A stretch of 64,000 bases of DNA from the NCBI GenBank assembly GCA_002269645.1, contig NIVC01000618.1, positions 372,001 to 436,000 on the forward strand, read 5' to 3'. This stretch comes from Macrostomum lignano (lineage: Eukaryota). Position 1 is the stretch's first letter. Each line of letters begins with the position of its first letter. The translations under genes and the position numbers were made by a program. This document shows positions 30,701 through 41,021 of the stretch, piece by piece. A model generated the notes under the pieces. That model did not search any database. It was given only the letters and a program-made list of their open reading frames with translations, and was not told where the DNA came from.

Positions 30701-32671
30701 TTTAGTGCCACAGACACTCATTTTAGTGCCATAGACACTCATTGTGTCACACTCATTTTAGTGCCATAGACGCTCATTGTGTCACACTCATTTTAGCGCC
30801 ATAGACGCTCATTTTAGTGCCATAGACACTCATTTTATGCCATAGACGCTCATTTTAGTGCCATAGACACTCATTTTAGTGCCATAGACACTCATTTTAG
30901 TGCCATAGACACTCATTTTATGCCATAGACGCTCATTTTATGCCATAGACACTCATTTTAGTGCCATAGACACTCATTTTAGTGCCATAGACACTCATTT
31001 TAGTGCCATAGACACTCATTTTAGTGCCATAGACGCTCATTGTGTCACACTCATTTTAGTGCCATAGACGCTCATTGTGTCACACTCATTTTAGTGCCAT
31101 AGTATAAGTTTCCTAGTTGGCCGCAAACTAAGAACCTTACATATGATTAATAGTAATTCAAACGAGGTAGAATATGCTTGGATGTTATTTACCGATCAAC
31201 CATATAATTATATTTATTACTGCATTTTCAACGTTTGTATTAATAAGTAAATAAGCAAATAAGCGAGCTACAAGCAGGGAGAATAAGTCTGAGACACTAC
31301 GGTATAACTAAGCTACTCAAATACTCCTATTAATCTATTATATATATATATAAATTACGCCTATCTACCTGGTCTGAGACCGATACGCTACTATTCATAA
31401 ATCTATAGTCATGGCAGTGCTCAGTCTTACCCTCCGGTCACAGGTGTCTGCAGAAGCGGTCGTCGTGATTTGCAAACTATTAAGCAATCCAAAAGTTAAC
31501 ACAAGGCGTGTAAAAGAGAGTGAAAAGAGAGTGAGAAAAGGTAAAGTTTTTAGCATTTAACCCCTCGCTTATTTATAGTAAATTTCCCCGATAAAGTCCC
31601 TGTGAAACTGTCTGCGTTATCATTTCCCACGTCTTCCAGCCACCGCGCAATTCCGGCCGATTCTCACGGTTCCCCTTTCTCGTGCGATTCCTGAAATGCC
31701 TCTGTTAAAAATGTAATTGAACCCCGCCCCACATAAAGGCATACAACCCCTCTAAAGTGGAAGCAGACTTTTAGGGCGGCCTGCACTCGCCCTTTGCAAT
31801 GCCGTCATCAAGCACTTGTGGCTTTTTGTAAGAGTGCAGCTGTCTACAACTGCTACACTCCACCACGCTCTGATAACAATGCAATTCCCTAATTATTGCC
31901 TAATTTAGTCCCTAATACTACTTCCTAAAATAGTCCCTAAATAGTCCCTAGGCCTACATGCATATGAAATTGAATCCTTATACATAGACGCTCATTGTGT
32001 CACACTCATTTTAGTGCCATAGACGCTCATTGTGTCACACTCATTTTAGTGCCATAGACGCTCATTGTGTCACACTCATTTTAGTGCCATAGACGCTCAT
32101 TTTAGTGCCATAGACACTCATTTTAGTGCCATAGACACTCATTTTAGTGCCATAGACACTCATTTTAGTGCCATAGACACTCATTTTAGTGCCATAGACA
32201 CTCATTTTAGCGCCATAGACACTCATTTTAGCGCCATAGACACTCATTTTAGCGCCATAGACACTCATTTTAGCGCCATAGACACCCATTTTAGCGCCAT
32301 AGACACCCATTTTAGCGCCATAGACACTCATTTTAGCGCCATAGACACTCATTTTAGCGCCATAGACACCCATTTTAGCGCCATAGACACCCATTTTAGT
32401 GCCATAGACACCCATTTTAGTGCCATAGACACTCATTGTGTCACACTCATAGGTGCACACAGCCGCTGCCTCTAACTAAAGAAACGCTCGCATCCGCACA
32501 GACTCCCACTGTCTGATGGAGAACGCGGACTTCCCGCCGCCGGCGCTGCTCAGCCGCCTGCTGGAGCAACCTGGCGTGCAGGTGAAAATGTCTGAGCGAA
32601 ACGGCGCAATCTACACCCACGTGCGACGGGACGGAGCCACAATCTGCATTTTCAAGGAGACGGCTGTTTGA
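14631..32671 (+). CDS. INPP5A: Type I inositol-1,4,5-trisphosphate 5-phosphatase, 11 coding exons
   Basis: Exons 14631-14693 (LLITANVGSLFD), 15335-15373, 15467-15567 (FIAVHCQEIGGKNF), 16958-17045, 19525-19620 (ALGSLYFVH), 26180-26251, 26991-27107 (SRKGYMRTRW..FDLVNVHLFHDASNL), 27703-27930 (FVFGDFNFRL), 28941-29099, 30133-30433 (FPPTYPFSE..PAWCDRVL..GDHKPV), 32502-32671. All GT-AG and phase-consistent. The last exon is inferred from phase and codon style only. Confidence 0.93.
16325..16835 (+). repeat. 28-bp minisatellite (AGTTGCTGGGCCAGCCTCCCAGATCCTC)
   Basis: Tandem copies in INPP5A intron 3; the same unit occurs inverted at 33884-36105 and 40060-40340. Confidence 0.95.
17065..17270 (+). 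repeat. ~22-bp minisatellite (CTTCAGTGTAGCTTCAGTATTC)
   Basis: Tandem copies right after the exon-4 donor. Confidence 0.85.
17595..18730 (+). repeat. CT-rich 10-12 bp repeat (CCCTGTCTCTCT)
   Basis: Direct inspection; source of the ~400-aa spurious ORFs. Confidence 0.97.
19660..20460 (+). repeat. 21-bp minisatellite (GTCTCAGTGCTGATTGTGTCT)
   Basis: Tandem copies after the exon-5 donor. Confidence 0.97.
21060..23470 (+). repeat. 30-bp minisatellite (TCTCTACTTCTCTGGCTCTTATCTCTCACG)
   Basis: About 2.4 kb of tandem copies. Confidence 0.97.
24205..24810 (+). repeat. 12-bp-based degenerate repeat (TCTACTCCGCTG)
   Basis: Direct inspection. Confidence 0.9.
25240..25815 (+). repeat. 21-bp minisatellite (GAGTGACTCAGGTCTGAATGC)
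   Basis: Tandem copies; ORF 25216..25917 is its translation. Confidence 0.95.
26305..26890 (+). repeat. 28-bp minisatellite (CAATGTACAGTATCTCTATGCGTACATT)
   Basis: Fills most of INPP5A intron 6. Confidence 0.95.
27140..27670 (+). repeat. 11-bp minisatellite (GTCAGAGTAGG)
   Basis: Fills INPP5A intron 7. Confidence 0.95.
27945..28870 (+). repeat. 21-bp minisatellite (GAATCGGGTAGTTGAGGTTGT)
   Basis: Fills INPP5A intron 8. Confidence 0.95.
29165..30075 (+). repeat. ~17-bp minisatellite (ATTATCGATCAAATGGG)
   Basis: Fills INPP5A intron 9. Confidence 0.95.
30540..32450 (+). repeat. 21-bp minisatellite (GCCATAGACACTCATTTTAGT), interrupted by an 880-bp insertion
   Basis: The array resumes in register after 31982. 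Confidence 0.95.
31103..31982 (-). mobile_element. Probable solo LTR
   Basis: 880 bp flanked by a perfect 5-bp TSD CATAG (31098-31102 and 31983-31987). Inverted termini TATAAG...CTTATA. On the minus strand CTATAAATA (31578-31570) and AATAAA (31218-31213) occur in LTR order. No coding capacity seen. Confidence 0.75.
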
Positions 32672-32830
32672 AATATTCGATTGATTTTCTTGTCTCTTCC
32701 TGCTGGATGCCCTTCGCTGGCCGGGGCACAAGGACCTCTTGATAGTGTAGCAGGGACACGGGAAGCGCAGTTCGTTTTTCGTGTTGAAACAAATTGAAGG
32801 CTCATACGTATACTCTCTAATCATACGGAA

Positions 32831-33133
32831 ATAATAATAATTGATTACACCTGCCGCAACTGGGCCAGATGTGCAACCGACAGCTCAGCCGCAGCTATTG
32901 CGCGGCGCATCTGAAGGCTGCGTACGGCTGTTCAGTCCAAGGACTGGGGGGTCGCCACACACCCTCAATTACCCCAGCTAATGCTGGCACCCATTTTACA
33001 GCTGGGTGAACTGAAGCAACGCAGAGTTAAATGGTCTTGCTCAAGGACACAAATTGTTCCGAGAGTGGGTCGAGAATCGAACCCCCGACCTTTCATTCGT
33101 GACTCCGACGCTCTGACCACTGGGCTACAACCC
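32831..33133 (-). mobile_element. tRNA-derived CORE-SINE, copy 1
   Basis: tRNA-like head with A/B boxes (TAGCCCAGTGG; GGTTCGATTC), CORE-like GTGTCCTTGAGCAAGAC..CCCAGCTGTAAAATGGG and a (TTA)n tail; near-identical to 38486-38796. Confidence 0.85.
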
Positions 33134-33883
33134 ATATAACACATTAATTTAGTAAACTAATTGGTATTATACTGCAGTAAAATATTATATAAATATTATG
33201 AATTATGAAAATTTTCCACTTTTAATTACTAATTTATTTACTCAATTACGGCAGCCATTGATATGCTTACATCTATTAGTCTATGTATATGCGGTAAATT
33301 CAAATTGGAGAGCGAGCCTTCAAATTTTTTCTAAGAAATGAATCTGGCAAGATGTGTCTACAGTGTGATGCTTCATAGGTATTTTATCTGTTACTGTGAG
33401 TAATATGATGCGTTTTTTCTGGTTTAGTTAAGGTGCCTTGCATGGCCGCAACGCAGCTGTTTACATGAAACATTTTGGCTGCTGAGCTGCTACAGGATTG
33501 ATATGGTTTTTATGGCTTGTCTAGTCGGTATTTTGTAATATACATGGACATGCAATTTACACAGCAGAACATATCTCTGTTTTATCAATAACATTATAAT
33601 TCTGTTTGCTTGCCCAGTAAATCTTCAGATTAATACATGTATACAAAATTGTCTGCGATCAGAATGCTATAAACAGCTTTTGACGCTAATTTCTGTTGTT
33701 TATTTGCATTGGCTGTTAGAATATAATTGGATTAGTTTTATTGCTTATTGAAATAAATTAGCCTGCAAACGGATTAATCAATCAATCAATTAAGCGGCAA
33801 GTGCCGGTCTCAATGAACTTGATTTATTTGGTACTGGTGACGCAATGTGTTGAGTTAGAAAATAATGAGATTTTAAAATAACC

Positions 33884-36105
33884 AGGATCTGGGAGGCTGG
33901 CGGTGGCCAAGCAACTGAGGATCTGGGAGGCTGGTGGTGGCCTAGCAACTGAGGGTCTGGGAGGCTGGCTCAGCAACTGAGGATCTGGGAGGCTGGCGGT
34001 GGCCAACCAACTGAGAATCTGGGAGGCTGGCCCAGCAACTGAGGATCTGGGAGGCTGGCCCAGCAACTGAGGATCTGGGAGGCTGGCCCAGCAACTGAGG
34101 ATCTGGGAGGCTGGCTCAGCAACTGAGAATCTGGGAGGCTGGCCCAGCAACTGAGGATCTGGGAGGCTGGCTCAGCAACTGAGGATCTGGGAGGCTGGCC
34201 CAGCAACTGAGGATCTGGGAGGCTGGCTCAGCAACTGATGATCTGGGAGGCTGGCCCAGCAACTGAGGATCTGGGAGGCTGATGGTGGCCTAGCAACTGA
34301 GGATCTGGGAGGCTGGCCCAGCAACTGAGGATCTGGGAGGCTGGCTCAGCAACTGAGGATCTGGGAGGCTGACCCAGCAACTGAGGATCTGGGAGGCTGG
34401 CCCAGCAACTGAGGATCTGGGAGGCTGGCTCAGCAACTGAGGATCTGGGAGGCTGGCCCAGCAACTGAGGATCTGGGAGGCTGGCTCAGCAACTGATGAT
34501 CTGGGAGGCTGGCCCAGCAACTGAGGATCTGGGAGGCTGATGGTGGCCTAGCAACTGAGGATCTGGGAGGCTGGCTCAGCAACTGAGGATCTGGGAGGCT
34601 GGCCCAGCAACTGAGGATCTGGGAGGCTGGCTCAGCAACTGAGGATCTGGGAGGCTGACCCAGCAACTGAGGATCTGGGAGGCTGACCCAGCAACTGAGG
34701 ATCTGGGAGGCTGACCCAGCAACTGAGGATCTGGGAGGCTGGCCCAGCAACTGAGGATCTGGGAGGCTGGCCCAGCAACTGGGGATCTGGGAGGCTGGCC
34801 CAGCAACTGAGGATCTGGGAGGCTGGCCCAGCAACTGAAGATCTGGGAGGCTGACCCAGCAACTGAGGATCTGGGAGGCTGGCCCAGCAACTGAGGATCT
34901 GGGAGGCTGGCCCAGCAACTGAGGATCTGGGAGGCTGACCCAGCAACTGAGGATCTGGGAGGCTGGCTCAGCAACTGATGATCTGGGAGGCTGGCCCAGC
35001 AACTGAGGATCTGGGAGGCTGATGGTGGCCTAGCAACTGAGGATCTGGGAGGCTGGCCCAGCAACTGAGGATCTGGGAGGCTGGCTCAGCAACTGAGGAT
35101 CTGGGAGGCTGACCCAGCAACTGAGGATCTGGGAGGCTGGCCCAGCAACTGAGGATCTGGGAGGCTGGCTCAGCAACTGAGGATCTGGGAGGCTGGCCCA
35201 GCAACTGAGGATCTGGGAGGCTGGCTCAGCAACTGATGATCTGGGAGGCTGGCCCAGCAACTGAGGATCTGGGAGGCTGATGGTGGCCTAGCAACTGAGG
35301 ATCTGGGAGGCTGGCTCAGCAACTGAGGATCTGGGAGGCTGGCCCAGCAACTGAGGATCTGGGAGGCTGGCTCAGCAACTGAGGATCTGGGAGGCTGACC
35401 CAGCAACTGAGGATCTGGGAGGCTGACCCAGCAACTGAGGATCTGGGAGGCTGGCCCAGCAACTGAGGATCTGGGAGGCTGGCCCAGCAACTGAGGATCT
35501 GGGAGGCTGACCCAGCAACTGAGGATCTGGGAGGCTGACCCAGCAACTGAGGATCTGGGAGGCTGGCCCAGCAACTGAGGATCTGGGAGGCTGGCCCAGC
35601 AACTGAGGATCTGGGAGGCTGGCCCAGCAACTGAGGATCTGGGAGGCTGGCCCAGCAACTGAAGATCTGGGAGGCTGACCCAGCAACTGAGGATCTGGGA
35701 GGCTGGCCCAGCAACTGAGGATCTGGGAGGCTGGCCCAGCAACTGAGGATCTGGGAGGCTGACCCAGCAACTGAGGATCTGGGAGGCTGGCCCAGCAACT
35801 GAGGATCTGGGAGGCTGGCCCAGCAACTGAGGATCTGGGAGGCTGACCCAGCAACTGAGGATCTGGGAGGCTGGCCCAGCAACTGAGGATCTGGGAGGCT
35901 GGCCCAGCAACTGGGGATCTGGGAGGCTGGCCCAGCAACTGAGGATCTGGGAGGCTGGCTCAGCAACTGATGATCTGGGAGGCTGGCCCAGCAACTGAGG
36001 ATCTGGGAGGCTGATGGTGGCCTAGCAACTGAGGATCTGGGAGGCTGGCCCAGCAACTGAGGATCTGGGAGGCTGGTCCAGCAACTGAGGATCTGGGAGG
36101 CTGGC
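33884..36105 (-). repeat. 28-bp minisatellite (same family as 16325-16835), with higher-order periodicity
   Basis: About 2.2 kb; ORFs 34228 and 34968, and ORFs 34290 and 35030, have identical translations 740 bp apart. Confidence 0.97.
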
Positions 36106-36354
36106 AGAACAGCTTGAAGTAATCCGCTAGTTAACAGGTCAAAATTGTTTTAAGTCGTGGATCGCGATATGCTACCACTCAGAAAAAATATTGAGTAGGA
36201 TTGAACAGCAAACATAAAAATTTTGAAAAGTATGAATTTGCAGTTAATTAAGAATTTCTACGTGGATATTTTACTGTCTCTCATTGACAATATTTTTAAT
36301 GGTGCATTGATGATCATCCAGCAGTACTGAGGATCAACAGTCGAAGGCATCGCT

Positions 36355-39171
36355 TTAGTTTTCTATTTCGGAGAAAATGTCCTGAAAATCGATCGGCTCA
36401 GGCTCCGGGGCTTGAGGCTCTGTACCAGCGGCTTTCTCCATCTTCAGGTGCCGCTTAAAATCGTGAAAACAAACCGCCGAATGGAACCGATAGAAAACCT
36501 GCAGCGGCATCAGCAGCAGCGAGACCGTGTCCCCGTGATTGCTGGGGAAAAAGAAGGTGAAGCACAGGGAGCTCAGGATCCACTCGACTGCGTTGACCAC
36601 CATCATGATGTTGATCAGTGCACGGATCTTGGGGCTCAGACCGTTGTGCTGGCGCGGCTCGCTTTTCTGATCTAACCCGCTCTCATCTGACCCGCTCTGG
36701 CCTGACCCGCTCTGGCCTGACCCGCTCTGGCCTGACCCGCTCTGGCCTGACCCGCTCTGGCCTGACCCGCTCTGGCCTGACCCGCTCTGGCCTGACCCGC
36801 TCTGGCCTGACCCACTCTGGCCTGACCCGCTCTGGCCTGACCTGCTCTGGCCTGACCCGCTCTGGCCTGACGCAGACATTTTGGTAAATAACCTGCTTAG
36901 AAACTTATAAAGTAGGTTGGAGTCAGAAAACTTGTTAACAAGTATCCACTCCAGCAGAATAGACTGGACAGAGCTCTGTATGATATTGAAAAATCCATTG
37001 GCTGTTTTTAGATTGATTCGAATGTGTTTCAGCTCGGGCAGCTGCCGCTGGCGGGGCAGGAGGCCCAGCATCGTCATGTTTGCGAATTCCGCACCATTCA
37101 AGTCGTGCATTTTTAGCTGAGGGTTGAATATATTGCCAAGCAGGCTGTACAGGCCGTTCAGCAGGATGGCAGCCGAGCCGAGCCAGAGCAGCAGACGGTC
37201 AGCTAGGTGGCTCGCGCCCAGCGGCTTTTTGTCGCTGCGCCTGACGTAGCCCGACAGCAAGACGAGGCCCAGGAGGCCACAGCTGTGCAGAAAGACCAGC
37301 AAGGCGTTGAAGACGATGCATTTGACGTTATCGTGCTTGTCCTCGAAGCCAACAAAGGCGGCCCCGGCCACTGAGATGAGCAGGAGCAGCAAGCTCAAGA
37401 GAAACATCAACGAGTGCTGCCGAATTGTGTCGGCCTCGGAGGACTGCAGCCTTAGCGAGTCGTCGGATTGACGCAGCAGAGCTTTGATCTTTGACCGAAC
37501 GGCGTCGAGGTCGCTTGACTTCTGGACGCGAAGTTGCTTAGCCAGTAGGCCCATGTTGGACATCATTGTAAAGGCCAGCAACGAGGCCATGACGCAATAT
37601 TCGATTTGAAACGGATAGAGCAGGTCGTTGATGTGGTTAATTGAGAGTTTCTCACAGTAAGATCCTTCTTTAATTGATCTCTCTACCCCTTTGATGCCCT
37701 GCAACTCCAGGCCGACCGTGGCGAACCATACGGAAATGTTGGCAGCCATGATGGTGGACAGCAGGACCCAGGACAGTCCCAGCCTCCGCTGAATGGATAG
37801 ATTTCTGAACTTGAAGGCCAGCCTGATCTGCAGAGAAGCAAAGACAAGCTGCAGCACCCACCAGATAATCAGAAATATCGAGTGCGCCTCCCACACCGAA
37901 TGATTGCATTGCTCGATGACCTTGCAGATGCACTCGAACATCTTCGATAGACAGGTTGGCAGGGCGAAAAGCACGAAGGTGATCACGAACAGAGTTGACA
38001 GCCGGTTGCCCGGCTTGTGCTTCACCTCGATGGTGGATGGCAGGTTCTCAATTTTGAGGTTGCCAATCATGGCCGTCCCTTCCCAGTGACTGAGCGCTAG
38101 GCACTCGAGCAGAGCCGTGGCAACAATAGCCGCAGACACAATAACGCAGCGGTAACCCAGGCAGAGTTCCCAGAACTTCGACGTGCCGCAGTCGTCTCGC
38201 GTGCAGACCTTGTCCTTCTGGCTCTGCTCGTAGGCTCGCAGTTCAATAGCGAATGAAAAAAATATCAGCAGCAGCAGCAGAGCAATGCCTGAGATCTTCG
38301 AGGCGACGCTCAGTGTAGCTGAAGCAACCTTTTTGGTTTTTGTAGCTGGAGGACCAGCTGGCGGATCCTGCGGTACGGATTCGATGATGCGGAAGAAACA
38401 GATTAAAGATATTTAAGCGAAAGGCATTCGAGTATTAGTGTATTAAAAAAATAATACATAGACTGCAAGGGATCTACGAGTACAAGGGGCTGTAGCCTAG
38501 CTCGCAGTGGTTAGAGCGTCGGAGTCACGAATGAAAGGTCGGGGGTTCGATTCCTGATCCACTCGGAACAATTTGTGTCCTTGAGCAAGACACTTAACTC
38601 TGCATTGCTTCAGTTCACCCAGCTGTAAAATGGGTGCCAGCATTAGCTGGGGTAATTGAGGGTGTGTGTGGCGACCCCCCAGTCCTTGGACTGAACAGCC
38701 GTACGCAGGCTTCAGATGCGCCGCGCAATAGCTGCGGCTGAGCTGTCGGTTGCACATCTGGCCCAATTGCGGCAGGTGTAATCAATTATTGTTATTAGAT
38801 CTACTGAAGAAGTAGCGAATGGGAAGCAAATTTCTCATAGTGTACGTGCGCAAAAAATGTCGCGCACTGCACCGATAGTTACATGTAATTAAATGAAACT
38901 GAATCCAATTGAATTTGCATAGAGAAATAAAAGCATATTTCATATACCTGGGAATCGGCAGAGGGATGCTGTGCTGATGGCTGGCCCACAGGATCATCAA
39001 GTTGGTCAGTCTGGCACTCCCGACTTGTCTGTGAATAAAAAAAATGTGTCCGAGCTCGATATGCCTGTAGTTTGCAACGAATCTTACGAGGACGGGAAAC
39101 CTCGTTTCTTGGAAAATTTTTAAAGGCCTGGGCTTTCCAAGAAATATACTACAGAGATAGGAAGTTTTCAT
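36355..39171 (-). CDS. Otopetrin-family proton channel
   Basis: Large exon 38367-36355: the frame stays open upstream of the listed ORF to a CCGCAG acceptor. Otopetrin motifs NISVWFATV, LYPFQIEY, ADRLLLWLG and PLQVFYRFHSAVC, with multiple TM segments. Probable upstream exons 39171-39088 and 39028-38948 (phase 0, GT-AG, open frame) have lower confidence. Confidence 0.88.
38486..38796 (+). mobile_element. tRNA-derived CORE-SINE, copy 2 (in otopetrin intron)
   Basis: Same head, CORE and tail as 32831-33133, in the opposite orientation. Confidence 0.85.
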
Positions 39172-40059
39172 TTTTTATGCCTAAAAATTGGTACTTAAGT
39201 CGTCCTTGGCTAACGCCTGTACTGACTAACGAGTAACAAGCTGGTTGATCAGCTTCACGCGACTTTCAAGACACGAAAAGAGAATATTGAAACTTACTAA
39301 AGAGCTACAAGATAATAAAGATTAAGCCAGTCGAATCCAACCGAGTGGCATTAATAAGCATAAGCCAAAAGGCTGAAGTCCAGGACTCCAAAATGGCTAG
39401 AATCGATTATAAATCAACTGAACTCACATTCATCCTTGCAGCACCGGCTTAAAGACTTGTGGTTCAATAATAAAAAAACTTCTGATGACTTCAAAGCGTT
39501 AACCTGTTAAGCCAGTGACGGATTACGAGTATATAGGCTTTTAAGACAGCAAAACAGGACAGCAAGGTCAGGTTGAAGTCCACCGGATATAAACCACCGG
39601 AAATCCGGAGACAGTATCTGATAAGTCATTTTAATTTAACTAGAATTAATCCTTGCCACCGGGGGGGGGCACAGCTCATGTACAGGATGCAAGTTTTACA
39701 GCCCCAGCTACTATCAGTTAAATTTATTAACAAGCAGTAAACACTTGCAGCCAACACTTCGGCTTTAGTGGGTATGCGGTGAAACAGAAAATTCGCTTAT
39801 TATTTGGTTTATATTGTTGCTCAAAAGATTAAATAATTATATCAGGATTAAACAGTAAAGCTTATGGCCCGACAATACTACGGGACCATCCAGCTTCCTA
39901 CATCATTTGTCAGCATGAAAATGAAAACTAAAACTAAACTGAATAGAAAATAAAACTGCTTTATTTTGTTAAACAGTATAAGGAGTGCGGATTTTGCACG
40001 TGCGACAGGATCGCTTAGGGTGGAATAGCGGCTGTTCCTGCGACTGCCTCTCTGAGCCC

Positions 40060-40340
40060 AGTTGCTGAGGATCTGGTAGGGTGGCCCACCAACTGAGGAT
40101 CTGGGAGGCTGGCCCAGCAACTGAGGATCCGGGAGGCTGGCCCAGCAACTGAGGATCTGGGAGGCTGGCCCAGCAACTGAGGATCTGGGAGGCTGGCCCA
40201 GCAACTGAGGATCTGGGAGGCTGGCCCAGCAACTGAGGATCTGCGAGGCTGGCCCAGCAACTGGGGATCTGGGAGGCTGGCTCAGCAACTGAGGATCTGG
40301 GACCCAGCAATTGAGGATCTGGAAGGCCTGGGCTGGTTTC
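40060..40340 (-). repeat. Third locus of the 28-bp minisatellite
   Basis: About 9 copies of CAGCAACTGAGGATCTGGGAGGCTGGCC. Confidence 0.9.
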
Positions 40341-40615
40341 TGAGGATCAGTTAAAGCAGGAAAAGCCGCTATTGAATGGACAAATTAACTGAAGAAAAGA
40401 ACAAGCAGGATTAAAAATACGAGATCAGACAGACCATGGGATTAAACTATACAAGACTGGGATAAAAAGGTGCTCGAGCCTTGGGGACAATAAAAAACAA
40501 AGCAAAGAAGCGAAATCGGGATCTGTCTAAGATATTTCACCTTTTATTGTGTATTGAGTGATGATGATTGATTAATAAATTTTGCCGTGCAATAGCAATA
40601 AAACAGACACGGAGC

Positions 40616-40629
40616 GTTGCTATGGTGAC
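40616..40629. promoter_or_regulatory. RFX X-box-like palindrome
   Basis: GTTGCTATGGTGAC versus consensus GTTGCCATGGCAAC; about 1.45 kb upstream of the predicted otopetrin ATG. Confidence 0.45.
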
Positions 40630-41021
40630 TGTGGCTACTAAGCGTTAGACATTAGCCTGTAATATTTGACGCACGCAATGACGCAAGAGACTGCACAGAC
40701 AGCTAAATTTACTCTGTATTAAAGTTTTGCTTCCGAACAACGCAAAGGAAAACGGTGGTGGCTTAAATGAATTTTCTAATTAATCAGAGGAAATCTCCGT
40801 TTAACTGAAATTATAACATTAAGAAAATAATTATTTATATGACACAGAAAACCAAACACCAACGGCGTAAAAATTATTAATAAATAAATATTCAGAACCA
40901 CAATACAGAATAAGCAAAAACATTAATAATAGCGTGAAATCCCTCGAGAGCTGACAAACCTATGATAAGCTTTTTGATTTTTTATGCGGCAATATGTTGC
41001 ACTAGGGAAGGTTAATCATTG

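Noticed and set aside
31444-31500. Phase-compatible terminal exon GVCRSGRRDLQTIKQSKS-stop
   Set aside because: It lies inside the solo-LTR insertion and has no homology support; at most a cryptic exon.
38486-38560. tRNA-like sequence (also 33060-33133)
   Set aside because: It continues directly into the SINE CORE and tail and lacks a proper acceptor stem, so it is a SINE head rather than a tRNA gene.
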